From: Selaginella moellendorffii
Lineage: Eukaryota; Plantae; Lycopodiophyta
NCBI RefSeq assembly: GCF_000143415.4
Contig: NW_003314285.1
Location: 709,370-773,369, forward strand
Direction of reading: 5' to 3'
Length of the DNA: 64,000 bases
Under the pieces are notes generated by a model. That model worked only from the letters and a program-made list of their open reading frames with translations. It searched no databases and was not told the origin of the DNA. The translations under genes were made by a program, and so were the position numbers. Positions 36,720 through 54,700 of the stretch are shown piece by piece (the first letter of the stretch is position 1; the number at the start of each line of letters is the position of its first letter).

Positions 36720-37320
36720 GTTAATCTCTTCAAATTTGACATATCATTTGGGGCCAAAATTGCAATATATTATCTTATTTCAATTGGGGATGTTTGTTTA
36801 ATCAAAGTTCCTATTCATCATTAGTCATTAAAGGAAATTAAAATTTTATATACAAATATCAAGGAAATGTTGAAAAGGGTGTTATCTAAAAGTTGTGGAA
36901 TCTTTGAGCATATGAACTTTATCTTGTGATGAAGCCTAATAGAAGAATTCGTTTTAACATTAACTATCATCTATTAAATGAAGTTATTATCTTGAATATA
37001 TACCCTCCTCCTCACACTGTTAATTTCCTAGATTGTTTAGGAAGAGATTGTTAATTCACCGAGTTAGATATTATTTTTGGGTACTAACAAGTGCCAATAT
37101 TTAAAGAGGATATTTCTAAGATTACTTTTTGAATATCATTTGGTATATGCAAATTTTTGGTGATATTATTTGGTTTGAACAATGCTCTAGCAACTTTTTA
37201 GCCAATGATGGACAAAATTCTTTGCAATATGCCAAAGATGATTGCTAACTTCATTAATAATATTTTAATCTATTCAAAAGAGGCAGAAAAGGTGTGTGGA
37301 AGGCACATCTCCATGATGTT
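36720..37320 (+). mobile_element. Degraded gypsy reverse-transcriptase remnant
   Basis: FGLNNALATF*PMMDKIL...ANFINNILIYS (decayed YxDD region), with stops. Confidence 0.7.
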
Positions 37321-37330
37321 TGTAGAACAT

Positions 37331-37417
37331 CACACACACACACACAAACACATAGATATATATATACATATATATACATATACATACATATACATATATA
37401 TATACATATATATATAC

Positions 37418-37484
<67 letters not shown>

Positions 37485-37500
37485 TGTATGTATGTATATA
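37331..37500. repeat. Compound (CA)n/(TA)n/(TACA)n/(TATG)n microsatellite
   Basis: Directly visible. Confidence 0.95.
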
Positions 37501-37592
37501 AGACTGAGATATCTTTGCTGCATCTTCGTTGTTTTTGAAAATAATGTAAATTGAATTTAGATAACTTAATGTTTTATCCATTATAAGACAAG

Positions 37593-38045
37593 ATGGAAAT
37601 GTCTTGGCTGAAAGATTCGCTAGTCTAGAAATGCTTTGATGCAACCTCCAATTGTAACTAGTGGGCTGAGCAAACCAAGTCTCCCATGAATAGCTTTCTT
37701 TCTTTCATATGGATCACTGTTCTAATAGCCCATGCATCTCTTTTTGTTCGAGATGACATTGCTGAGACGGACTTCAGTGACAGAAGAGGCAAAAAACTGC
37801 TGATATTCTGCTTGAAGTTGCAGAGGGAAGCTATAACTTTAGTGAACAAGAGAAGCAGAAGAACCCTAGCTATGCCATGTTTGAGGAGGTGATGTTGAGC
37901 TTCTGCAGTCCACTGTTTGTCTGGATTCTCTTTGCGATTTGCCAAATCCATTCCAAGCCCCGAGAAATACGAGCTGCTCCGGAGAGTTGAAGCATCCGGA
38001 GGGAATAAAGATGTGGTGGAGTATGTAAACATGGTATCCGCATCT
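37593..38045 (+). pseudogene. Deletion-collapsed MTPSL pseudogene
   Basis: atggaaatgtcttggctgaaaga start match, gatgacattgctgagacggacttc (DDIAETDF), gccaaatccattccaagcc, gtggagtatgtaaacatggtatcc. A short inverted internal piece lies at ~37660-37738. Confidence 0.85.
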
Positions 38046-38076
38046 TACTGTAATTAGGGCAACTGATTTAGGGCCG

Positions 38077-38885
38077 ATGGATGTCGTGGATCTTACAGGG
38101 GATGGAGGAGTGATGAAGAGAATTGTCAAGCGCGCAAGGCCGGACGCATTGGCTCCGTCGGATAGTCTTGCAGTTGTGGATGGTACGTTTAATTTGTACA
38201 ACCTCAAGTAAAATGTCTCTTCTCGTTTTGTTTGGCTAGTTCACTACGAAGGAACACTGGCCGATACTGGAGCGGTGTTTGATTCCAGCCGAGAAGACAA
38301 TGCGGTGTTTACCTTTGAGCTGGGGCGAGGCAGCGTGATCCGGGCGTGGGAATGCGCAATTAAAACTATGCAGGTAAAGTAGCATTTTTATCTTTAGAGT
38401 GAAGTACATGGTTGATTCTAAATAGCTTAAAGGTTGGCGAGATTGCGGAGATCATTTGCAAGCCCGATTATGCTTATGGCGCGGAAGGATCGCCTCCAGA
38501 AATTCCACCAAAGTGAGAGCTTAAGAGTTTTCTTTGAGATCTTGTTCGATGGTTTTGCTTGCAGCGCGACTTTGGTGTTTGAGGTGGAGCTCATGGATTG
38601 TAAGCCGCGAAAGGGATCGACCGTGAATAGCGTGGTGGCCGAGAAAGCCAAGCTCGAGTAAGTCCCGCAAGCTGGATTGAATCCATGGTTTTTCTCATGG
38701 GTGCTTTTTCTCAAAACTTTTGTAGCGAGCTGCGAAGAGAAAGAGAAGCCGCCGCAGCGATCCGCGAGGAAGAGAAGAAGAAACGCGAGGACGCCAAGGC
38801 CGCCGCGGCCGCGCGCCTCCAGGAAAAACTAAATGCCAAGAAAGGGGGCAAAGGAAAATCCTCTAAATCCAAGGCCTCGCAATAA
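38077..38885 (+). CDS. FKBP20-1: FKBP-type peptidyl-prolyl isomerase FKBP20-1
   Basis: [48 protein letters not shown]. Basic C-terminal tail. Confidence 0.88.
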
Positions 38886-38942
38886 AAATGCCCGCCAGGA
38901 ATGACACGCGGCAAGTTCTTGATGCTTTCCCGCCCAGCACAA

Positions 38943-38962
38943 AAACCCTAAAATTAGGGTTT
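38943..38962. promoter_or_regulatory. Inverted pair of telo-boxes upstream of SMC5
   Basis: aaaccctaa-aa-ttagggttt. Confidence 0.55.
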
Positions 38963-38976
38963 GTGGGATTTTCGCG

Positions 38977-43547
<4,571 letters not shown>

Positions 43548-43718
43548 GTATTTAAAGTAAATGTTAACCAATTTTGTGACTTGTCCTTTTAACTTCACTA
43601 TAACATGGATAACCTTTCTCCTTCCTTTTTTTTCGAGAGATTTGCTTAAATAGGGGCGGAACTGCACAGGTCTGTAAGTTTTGTTAGTTTTTTTAGCTTA
43701 TCCTTTTCAGAACGAATC

Positions 43719-44652
43719 ATGAGGAAGCCAGAGGGTTCTGAAGCCGTTGTCGAAGTTAACAAGAAAGGAGAGGAACAGGTCGTGCTGAATCTGAGCGTTG
43801 TTTCCGGTATGCTGTGCCCGCTTGGTGCTGTAAACCTCTCCAAAAGCCATCTAGAGGTGAGCCGGCTAGAACGACGAGATTTGTTTCTAAGTTCAAGTGT
43901 TTACGTTGTAGGATCTGCCAGATTACTTTGACAGCCTTCCCAAACTGCGCGTCCTCAACCTTTCTGGAAACATGCTCAAATCACTGCCTCGGAGCCTTGG
44001 CCGTTGTAGGTGAGGCTAACTGCTTTTTTCAATGAAAACTAATCTTGTGAACAGCTTCCTCGAGACACTGGATGCCAGTTTCAACCAGCTTGAGCATCTC
44101 TTCTTGAGCTTTGGAGCCAACCTCCCGAGACTGAAGCGCCTCCACCTCCAGCTCAACAAGCTCAAAGCTCTCCCGGAAAGCATCGGCAAGATGGCCTCCC
44201 TCGTCCACCTCGAGGTCCAGTTCAACAAGCTGGTGTCGCTGCCTCCCACCATCGGCGACCTCAAGAGCCTGCAAACGCTCGACGCCAGCGGCAACTTTAG
44301 CACCAGCGTCCCAGACTCCATCGGTTACGCCTCGTCCCTCACGTACTTGGATCTCAGCTACAACCAGATCGCGAGGCTGCCACTCTCGGTGGGAAATCTC
44401 ACGCAGCTGCAGGAGCTCAAGCTCTTTCACAATCCTCTAGTAGTTCCCCCACTCGAAGTGGCCGAGCACAGCACTAAAGCGGTGGTGGAGTACATGTCAC
44501 AGGAGCTACAAAAGCCTCCCGGCGCTAGGCCGAGGCGCCACTTTGCTTTGCTTTCTAGTCTTAGGCCGCCGCTTCTTAGACCGCCGTGGCTTAGGGAGCT
44601 CCTTTGTCGGGGCTCGTCAATGGACTACTTCGTAGAACTCAAACAAACTTAA
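43719..44652 (+). CDS. Plant intracellular LRR protein (PIRL-like)
   Basis: LxxLxLxxNxLxxLPxSIG repeats and NPLVVPPLEVAE. Two introns. Confidence 0.8.
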
Positions 44653-45138
44653 AAACCATCGTGTATCTGCCACGTCAGCAACTTGCGTGGAGATACGTGG
44701 TGAACACGTGTAAATATGCCACGTCATTATCCCACGAGCCGGGGCTTGGGATCGTGTCAGCTCGCGAGTATATAAGAGGAGGCCGGAGAAGGGGAGCGGT
44801 ATCTTTGCGCTTGGGGCAATGACGCAGTTTATGAGGTTTTACCGAGACGCGTCAATTGCTGGTTGAAAACTATTTCCAAACCCCCTCGTCGTGTCTCCCT
44901 CGGGAGGCCGTCGAGAATTTCTGGAAGGCCCGCCCTAGGCTCGGGCCTACAAATCTTAAAACCAAGAAGGAATTAAATTTGTTTTTTCTATGAACATTAT
45001 TACCTAAGACAATTACTAAAATAATTAATCACATTTTATTTCATGTTAGTCAATGAAAACTTTCTACTAACAAACAACCCAAGTTATTTTTTTATCAATT
45101 GTTTAATGCAATTTCCATCAATTATTTATTGTCTGAAG

Positions 45139-45210
45139 ATCAGAGTGGCGCAGCGGAAGCGTGGTGGGCCCATAACCCACAGGTCGGAGGATCGAAACCT
45201 CCCTCTGATA
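45139..45210 (+). tRNA. trnMi: Initiator tRNA-Met (CAT)
   Basis: ATCAGAGTGGCGCAGCGGAAGCGTGGTGGGCCCATAACCCACAGGTC...GATCGAAA...CTCTGATA. A1:U72 pair, GATCG T-loop, T4 run downstream. Confidence 0.97.
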
Positions 45211-45419
45211 TCTTAGCATTTTAATTAGCTTAAATACTGCGATAATCGGAAGTTACCTTTAAGATGTTTGCTTAAAGTTTTTGATGTGAGTCAAAGTGAA
45301 AAAATTTCAACATTCGTTCTTATCTTTCAGTGATGATGCAAAAGATGCAAAGAAAGAGATGCTGTCCAAGTATAAACGCGCTCGTTCTATGCTGGAACAT
45401 TCATTAAACTGGGGAGAAA

Positions 45420-45997
45420 ATGCAGGTCCTTGTTTCCCTCCGCTCCATGCTTTCTCGTCACTCTCCTCGTCTTGCTTGCAGACTGTGGAGCTCAAAGTCG
45501 CAATGGACTGCGAGAGGTGCGAGAACAAAGTCCGCAAAACGCTCGCCAACACCCTGGGTTCGCAATTCTCCCGTTCTCCGCTTCTATAAGCTCTGCTTTT
45601 CTTGTTTCCAGGAGTCGAGTCAGTCGACATCGATTTCCAGCAGCAGCGGGTCACGGTGATGGGCTACCTTCTCGACGCCAAAAAGTTGATGAAGAAAGTG
45701 AGGAGCAAGACCGGCATGCACGCCGAAGTTTGGAACCACCACTACAGCAACGTCCAGCACGTCTATGGTCCCATGGACACCTCGCTCACCAATCTCTTCA
45801 GCTCCGCCAGTGACTACAACACAAACAATTACTACGACCGGAGCCACCGGATGCATCATGGAAGCACTTACAGGGTCAGCGACAAGCCGGCTTACGACCA
45901 CGAGTACGGCAACCAGAAGCAATACATGCCGCCAGTGGATGACAGTGTCACCACCATGTTCACGGACGAGAATCCAAACGCTTGCTCCATCATGTAG
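45420..45997 (+). CDS. HIPP: Heavy-metal-associated isoprenylated plant protein
   Basis: MQ|TVELKVAMDCERC (HMA CxxC). C-terminal MFTDENPNACSIM carries a CaaX box. Confidence 0.9.
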
Positions 45998-46328
45998 CGC
46001 TGCGAGCCGAGGAGCTGTGAAGGAAACATCAGTCACAGAAGAGAGAAAATATTCGGATGATGCATTGTGCGTGTACTCACCACTTGAAGTTGCTCGCGTA
46101 ATCGCATCAAAGGTTGCCTTTCAGCTGCAAGCGCACCAAGAAAAATCATAATAGCCTTCTCAATAATGTAATGCTGTAAAGGAAAAGCTTACCGAATCTC
46201 TTTACTGTGTAGTCTTCTGTGAGCCGCAAAGCATTCAAGCTGATTCCCTCGAATAGAAAAAGCACAAGAAAAATGATAGCAAGACACCTGATATTCCTTG
46301 CCTCACGAAGTTTGATATTTACAGGTGC

Positions 46329-48917
46329 CTACTTACTAGAGTCCCGCTTGAGAATGGAATAAAACTTCTCAAACTCGGCCGTGTGCTCGAAAGCGGAAAC
46401 AAAATCGCAACAAAATCTTAGCACTGATGCAAGCAGCACGAAGTTATCCTTTGCAGCAGCCGCTTCGAGAAATCGCACACAGGGTGGCGACTCAACCTGC
46501 ACATGCTTAACAGTTTTAGATAGAGCTAGAAAAGAGAGAGCGAAAATCAGACCTTGTTCTGACGTATATAACGTAGACCTTCCAAGAGCCTACCTTTGTG
46601 CAAAAGACGCTCAAGGTAATCTTTGTGAGCATGCACCTGCCTCAACATGTCCGTTCCGATTTCTTCGAGTTGAGAACATTGCGCTCCAATGTCCAGCAAC
46701 TCAAGAGCAAGAGCTTTTGATGGCTCAATTACCTGTCCAACAAGATGCACATAAACAAACTATTAGCAGCACTTTTAAGATTTACCTGATCAGCAACAAT
46801 ATGCTGAATCCTAGCATAGCACTTGTCTCTTGCAAGCAGTCGCACAAGAAGAACATACAGTCCTGGTGGGATTGTTAGTTGCTCAGCTCTTGCACTGCAA
46901 TAATAGAAAATCACAGATGCTATTCAATTTTTTCCTGAGATAAGGAAATAATGCATACCTTACCTCCGCAAATACTGTACCATAACAGCTCCCAAAAAGC
47001 TGTTTTCAACTGCCATTCCTTCGTCGATTACAGCGAACACGTTGTCTAGCATTTCCTGAGGCGAAACATGTGGACTGGCAGCTTGATTTTCCGTTTCCGA
47101 GAATCTAATGCTGCTACTTTCTTGCTCAGGTTCACGAATCTCTTGTTCGCCGTTGATAAGAACTCTTGCGGAACCAGCTCGAAGACTCCCATAAGAAAGT
47201 TCTGCTGCGTTGCTTATAGCCAGGGCAGTAGCAAATGCAGCAGGTTGCATGCCTGGAGTTAGAATCAACGGCATTGACGACATCCTTCCTATTGGGGTAC
47301 CCTTGCTTGAGGAACGCTTCACATGACCGAAGGCGGAAGTTAAGACATCTAAGGCAGAAGCAACCTGGGAAAGAGATCTCCTCTCCATAATAATGGAGCG
47401 CAAAATAGAGCACGATAGCTGTTTCGCCTGCAACGTAGGAGATTAGTATGCCACACATAAGTGACGCAACCGCTAACCTTCACAGCCTCGCATTTACGCC
47501 TTTGAAGGAAAGCTAAAAGAGACGAAAGGTCCGATGAGCTAGCTGCAACAGCCTGCATACAAACAAGAATGACTGGATACAAAGAAGAAATCGCATGCAC
47601 CTCTAAGTCAAGTTGGATCTTCCACAAAAGCCCGTGAGTATGGTCCAAAATGACGTCGGGGTTAACAAAGACCCAACCTTCTCCATAGAGACTTGATTCG
47701 TCTGCTCCTGGCTTTTCCGGACTGTTGGCTGGTTTGTACTGCCGCAAAAGAAGAGGCAATGGCGCAGATATAGGAACTTTTGTGTTGGCAAGGATGTCAT
47801 AGAGCAGCACCACTTTGGAATCAATCTGATGAACAAGAAGTACGTTGTCAACAACGCTGACAGACACATTTGACGCATATGTTGGTAGAGAGCCCTGAAA
47901 ACATTTGGAGATCTTCAGCTAAGTGGCAGGAAAAACGAGTTTACACCTGCGAAATGACAGCATCACGGTAGAATCTGTGGATATGAAGCATCTTAGCCAA
48001 AGGATCAGTCTGCAAGCAGTACAGCCTTCCGTACCTGCAAGTGAAGACGGTCATACAACTTGCCTTAGATACAGCGACTTACATTGTAGCAATGAACACA
48101 TTCTCCGAGGACAAAACAAAAGTTCGGTGATTCTCAGATTTGGTGAAGTTTGCATCGAATTTAGGAAGCCGGACAATCCCCCCTGCGGAGAACTGCAGGC
48201 ACACGCAACTTAGAAACTGTCACAACAGTACGACCCAACCTGGTAGCCAGAGAGTGTTTTGCACTGCGTCCCAGATGCCAAAAGTACCAAGCGACTTTCG
48301 TGCGTGTAAACAAACCAGCTGACAGACTGCTTCTTCTTCTCAACCAGCTTCAGCTTCCCCTTCCCAAGACACAAGGAATTCAGCTCCAGACCACTGCCCA
48401 TGAACGAAAGCATTTAGAAAACTCAAAAGACCAACTTCTAGCATTCACCTTGCTGTCACAATCACAACATCACAGTCCGGACAATCGGTCCAAAAGAAAC
48501 CGAGTATCCTCTCACTGGAACTCTTGCACGACTGCTTAAAGGAGTTACAGTCTTCTCGGTTGATAAACTCGATCTCCGTGTTGGATCTAAGAATGGCCAG
48601 GATCTTACAGTCGAGCGAGAACCTCACGCCAAGAACAGGGCCCTGGCTTATCTTCACAACGACTGGATCCGAAGGTGAAGTATCAGAGCTTACAGACCAG
48701 GAATAAATCTGGTAAAAACAATGGTCACATAAGAAGGAAAAACTGGAAAGAGTGTTGTTTTCGAACAAACCTCCCCAAGAGTAGAGACTAGCAGCAGCTT
48801 GTTTGCGTCGTCATAAGTTACTCCCAGAGCTCCGGGAATATCACATCTAAATGGTGGATACTGGATGTATGCATGAGACATGGCGCCCGATCCGCTATCG
48901 TAAGAACCAAGAGCCAT
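46329..48917 (-). CDS. RMC1: Regulator of MON1-CCZ1 / Mic1-like protein
   Basis: SHAYIQYPPFRC...YDDANKLL, ILGFFWTDCP, SVVDNVLLVHQ, GRLLEGLRYIRQNKV. Confidence 0.85.
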
Positions 48918-48936
48918 TCTAGCTTCGCAAAGACCA

Positions 48937-49219
48937 TTATTTAACCCTGAGCTGCAAGGAGGAAGAAAGTTTTTCGATCGATCCGAGCAAGAACTCACCA
49001 CATTCTTCATGCAAGCCCTCAGCGCCAGGAACTCCTTCTCGCACATCCCCTTCTCAATCGCGGCGGCCTTGCCGGCGACGCATTGCCCGTATTCCTTCAT
49101 CTGAGGTGCCAGAATCTCGGAAATTTTCAGCCGAGGGAGGAGAGCGGGCGCGAATTCACCTGGAGTGGACAAGACGCGATCACTCGCCGCAGCGGAGATT
49201 GGAGCGCGCGATCGGCCAT
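48937..49219 (-). CDS. 58-aa twin-CX9C (CHCH, NDUFAF8-like) protein, upstream ORF of RMC1
   Basis: Three exons with GT-AG introns: MADRALQSPLRRVIASCPLQ|MKEYGQCVAGKAAAIEKGMCEKEFLALRACMKNV|LRVK*. Two exact CX9C motifs. Confidence 0.85.
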
Positions 49220-49338
49220 GCGAGTAAAAACCCTAGTTCTTCATCTAGGGTTCTGAGCTCTCTCTCACTTGGAAAATGCCGCTATCTCGCACCGATCTAC
49301 CACAATCCCGGGTGCAAGGCGCGATCTAAGGCGCTGGA

Positions 49339-51654
49339 ATGGATCGCCGCGGCCTGGTTCTCATCTGCATTGCCTGCATTCTCGTCGATCGCAGCTCCTC
49401 CTTCCTCACCGACACGGGAAGAGAGCTCGAGGTCGAAAATTTCAACGATCAGGGCTGGAGCAGCGGCGGCGACACTACTCCAGCTGAATCCACCACGCAG
49501 GCCACGATCTTGGGCTTCCTCCGCCACGATGGATCGCTCGATAACGAGGTACTGGCCAGGGAATCAGGGGAAGAGGAAACTCCCGAGATCGTGGACAGCG
49601 ATCTGGTTCTTAGCAGGAATTTCAGCGCCGAGGAGAATGTGAATGGGAAATCTTACAAATTCGAGGAGTGTCCTCCCAGGATGAAGGAGTATATTCCCTG
49701 CCTCGACAACAAAGATGCTATCGCCCGGCTTGCATCCACTGAGCATGGAGAGAAGTGGGAGCGGCATTGTCCCGCTGGGAAATCACGACTGTGTTGCATC
49801 ATTCCACCTCCATTGGGATACAAGCGGCCTATACGGTGGCCCAAGAGCCGGGACGAGGTGAGAAAAAATGAGAAAGCTTTTGTTCTTCGTGATGTTCTTG
49901 AGCTAATTTTCTTTGCAGGTGTGGTATAGCAATGTTCCTCACACGCGCTTGGTTGCTGATAAAGGCGGGCAGAACTGGATCCAGAGTCAAAAGGATAAGT
50001 TCGTTTTTCCTGGTGGAGGAACACAGTTTGCTCATGGAGCTGACCAATATCTGGACCAGATGGCTGAGGTTCGTGCTTACTTTCTTTCATGGTTTTGATG
50101 GGGAAATTTTTTTTCTTTCATCAGATGGTACCAGAGCTTGCCTTTGGTGAACGCACACGCGTTGCGTTGGACATTGGTTGTGGTGTTGCAAGCTGGGGCG
50201 CTTATCTTCTCTCTCGCAACGTTCTGACGCTTTCCATTGCTCCGAAAGACGTGCATGAGAATCAGATACAATTTGCACTCGAGCGTGGGGTTCCTGCAAT
50301 GGTGGCCGTCTTGGCCACTCGTCGGCTCTTATATCCAAGTCAAGCATTTGATCTGATCCATTGTTCTCGTTGTCGTATCAACTGGACTCGTGACGGTGAG
50401 TATAAGAACATGTCTTTCCTTGACTTCTAAGGCAGTTTGTGCTATACAGATGGTATACTTCTTGCGGAAGTTAATCGCATAATGCGCGGTGGGGGCTACT
50501 TTGCATGGGCAGCTCAGCCTGTTTACAAACACGAGCCAAGTAGTTTGCAGGCATGGAACGGTATGTTTCTAAGCCTCTCAAAATTTGGATTTCGCTTATA
50601 AGTTTCCTGCATTCGGCAGATATGGCAGACCTTGCCAAGAACCTTTGCTGGAAACTAGTTGCCAAGAAAGGCTACATTGCAATCTGGCAGAAGCCCGTGG
50701 ATAACTCATGCTACTTGAAACGGGCACCGGGAACACTACCTCCGCTCTGCGATTCAAGCGATGACCCTGACTCTGTCTGGTATCGTAGAGACTCCATTTC
50801 TGTGATTTATACCAAGTGTTCGTCCTCTGGACAGGTATGTACCAATGAAGGCTTGCATCAGTCCCTTACCTGGAAATGGACTCGGTCGTAACATCACCAC
50901 ATGGCCATCGAGACTGTCCCTTCCACCGGAACGTTTGAAAGCCGTGAACTCAGATGCATTGCAAGCCAAGCCTGAAGTGTTCCTGGCCGAGCAGCGGTAC
51001 TGGACTGCCATCGTTGAAGGATACCTGCGAGGCCTTGGCCTGAAGAAGGAAGACATTCGAAACGTAATGGACATGCGAGCAGGCTATGGAGGGTAAGTTT
51101 CTATATTCTTTTGCATGGATGTTATGACGTCTGTTGCAGGTTTGCTGCGGCTCTAATCTCGCAAAAGGTAGATTGGTGGGTGATGAACGTTGTTCCCAAA
51201 CGTGGTGTAAATACATTACCGGTGATTTATGATCGCGGACTGATTGGTGTTGCTCACGACTGGTATGTGACGAGCAAGGTTTGCTTCTACTTTGTGACTA
51301 GTGATTCGTTCTTCTTAGGTGTGAGGCCTTTGACACTTACCCACGAACTTATGACCTTATACACGCTGCGGGAGTTTTTATGCTCGAGAAGAACAGGTAT
51401 CTTATTGGAAAACCGTTGTACGAAGTATCTTCATATCGACTTACAGATGTAATGCTGCTCACATCATTTTGGAAATGGACCGCATATTGCGTCCCGGAGG
51501 CTGGGTGCTGATACGTGAATCTCGATACATGGCAGCCGAGCTCGAGTTCCTGGCAAAATCCGTCAAGTGGCACACCCGCATCCTGGAAACCGAGAGTGGT
51601 CCTTATGGGAAGGACAAGCTTCTCTCCTGTCAGAAGCCGCTTCCCAATTTTTGA
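49339..51654 (+). CDS. Putative SAM-dependent (pectin) methyltransferase, PMT10/11/12-like
   Basis: [57 protein letters not shown]. Confidence 0.9.
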
Positions 51655-51720
51655 GCTCTTCGTCACTGCGCAGCACTACTATGCGGCAAAAACGTACGTA
51701 TCGAAAACTTACCAAAACTC

Positions 51721-54700
51721 TCATAGTCGCAAGCTGCTTATCAAACCTTGCATTTGATTCAGCTGCTTCTTGAGCGATGCGACGCTGTTTAGAGTACTTG
51801 ACGAGGGATCCATGCCGTCCTCAGCTGCCGTAGTCCTGACGTCCATCTCGATTCTCCTGCAAAGGTTCTGGGACTTGCACACCAAATCTTCGAGCTGGTC
51901 GGCCAGGACAGTGGTGTTGATATTCTCTTCTCGAGTTTCTTCTCGAGGTCTGAGAGAGCTGTAGGGAGTGGAAGAGTTGCAACTGACGTTGCTTATGCTG
52001 CTGGCTCGCCGTGATCTTTCAGGACTCATGTATTTCAGCTTGTCGAGACTTCCACTTCCTGTTTCTCCAGAAGAATAATAAGACGATGGTCATTTTCGGG
52101 AAGAAAAAGCTCTTGCTCACCTAGGCTACTTAGTTGGACGATGGCGGCTTGGCCGAGAGATCCCTGTAGCTGCAAAAGTCTCAGCAATCCCACCGTGATT
52201 CTACTCGCTGCTTCGGCCTCGGCTTTAGCAATTTCTACGAGAAACTCGAGCTCGTCTTTCGTTGCGTCCATTTCCATCTGCAAGAGAGAAGAGAGAGATA
52301 TTAGTTGACGTTCGATCTATATAATTTTCTTACCGGTTCTCTCACGGCTGCTCGGACACTGTCAACTATCCACTCGCCGATTCCAATCTCAGCGTCTCCA
52401 TCGCCACCCTCTCTCGCTACCAAACGGACTTCCAAAGCAAGCCCATCGTTACCACTTCTCCGACTTATATCCACTGAAGATAATCCGCCATTGTCCAGCG
52501 GCTGGAAACTAACAGCCCTTCTTGGCTTTAACGCTTGAAGCCCCTCGAGCATTACCTGGGAGACCAAACCAGCAAGAAAATCTCGTTCGAGTCAGGAAAC
52601 GCAATTATTTGTCTAACGAATTCTTACGAGCAAGATCTTCGTACCGTTATTCTTTGTGGCGGTCGCTCCTCGGTGCTAGTGCTGTGATCGGCCTTAGCGC
52701 GCAAACACTTAAACGTAGAATGCCAATATGCGTCTTCGTCCGCTATATTTTCCACGCCTTGCAAAGCGAATAGCCAGTCTATAAGCTGGATATCAATCTC
52801 TACGTTGTCTGGTCGTTTAAGCTCCCATGAATGATCATCGTTCGAGCTAGCAGAGATTTTTCCTGTCATAAAAAAAAGGGCACAGCTGCTATGAACAAAG
52901 AAAACCAACGAAAGAGTATGAAACCTTTTTCCTTTACCTGTATGAGAGCCTTGAAAGAGATGAGCCAAAGGACCGCCGGAGACTCTTTTCAACACCTCCT
53001 TGAGATCCTCTCCTGGTCCTCCATCAGGTCCAAAAACACCAAACCTATGTAGCAGTGACTCCGTGTAAATCATCCCACCTCCCAGTCTCACTCCGGATAT
53101 CTTTGCAATGGCTTTCAAGCTATGGCAGTCAGCGTCCTCGGCCCTGTAAGGCATCATATGGACCACGTTGACCTCAAGAAACGGCCTGTTCTCCTGTGAA
53201 GCTTTCTCTGCAGAAGGAAAGTTTTCGTTCACCCACAAGATCGCTCTCATGTTCTTCTGCTCCAGTAGCTTTGTGGAGAGCGACTCTCCACACTGCTCGG
53301 ATTCCGTGTCGACGCACTCCACGCGAACACTCTGCCAGCACAAAGTTGAAGAAACTGCGATGGCTCCGCCGAGAGTTCTGTGTGTGACCTTGAAACGTAT
53401 CCCACTTCCGATAAACTTGACGAGTGGAAAGCCTTCTACGGACTGCTCGGAAGAACCCGACTCCAGAAACTTGATCTCCAAATAATCGAGGCCGAGAGTA
53501 ACCGCACTGTCGGATGGAGCCGCTTCAATGAGTCCTCCAAACGATTTGGACTTGCTAAGATCCTGGACTCCTCCATCGGTTTTCATGAGTGCCTGGCCAA
53601 CCTTTCCCAAGTAAGAATACATCTCTAGCACGAACAGCAGCTGCTCCACAGAACTGTTGGAGATGAAGTGATTCCATGAGATTCCCAGTCTCACGATGCC
53701 CCCTGGAGGTGGAACCTTGAGCAGCGGCAGGCCGTCGGGTGTAACCATTGCAACCTCCAAGCAAGGCTCCTTCAACTCTATGCACTGCCAAAGGCGAAAG
53801 TCCCCACTTCTACCGGTTTCAAGAGCCACGCTCACTTGATTTGCTCGTATGGCCCATCTTTTCTGGCTTGAATCCGGAAGTTGGCCTTTCCAAAAAGCAA
53901 AGCACGCTGGATCTTCGTCGAGTTTCAGCAAGCCATAGGATAATGTTGGACTCTCCACGAACAGCAACCCCTCTACATGCAATCTAGCCCCAGTAAATCC
54001 CTCGTGTCGTCGCTGGTCGTCGTTTTTTTCAGGATCCATCGGAACGCTCAGGTCAAACTCCCTGAGAGAAAAGTGCATACTGTTCAGCGACGTGTTTGGA
54101 CGCACTACCCCAGGCTCTACCAAAATACCGTCCGCCAGAAAGGAAGAAATCTGTAAACAAGACTTTTCTTGAAGAAATATCTACAGCAAGCACGTAGTGT
54201 TAGTTTTGATGAGGAAAAAAAACGTTTTGCAAAATCACCTTTAGAGGTTGACACTGAATTACGGTTTGTGAGGCCATTGCTGGCGGTAAAGGAGACGGCG
54301 CTAGCTGAGAAGAATACAGGCTTGCAATAGATGTACTGCTGTTCTTCGAAACGTGAAAGTCGAGAGGATAAATCTTTGGCCACAAGATTTCGCTGGCTGC
54401 AAAACCAGAATGTCATTATCACAGACGACCCGAAAGAGTAACCAAATACCAAATGTCGGTACTTCAAATGGAGCTTGCGGACTCATGCTAGGCTGAACCA
54501 GAATGCAGGGAGGTTGTAAAAACATATCCCTGTAAATTTATGGGTCGGAAACGCCTGCGTTTGCAATGCGTGAAGCATACCTTAAGAACAAACCTCCCAA
54601 GGAGACATTTCCAAGAGTTTTTACTGAACCATTCTCAGGGATACTTGCCTGCATTATCAGCACCATAACGTGTTAAAAGTGTAGAATTATGAAAATTTAC

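Noticed and set aside
37205-37644. YIYI/HTYI-rich ORFs
   Set aside because: Translations of a microsatellite.
48690-49172. 160-aa CX9C-RMC1 fusion ORF
   Set aside because: It reads through introns; canonical splicing gives a stop 19 nt before the RMC1 ATG.
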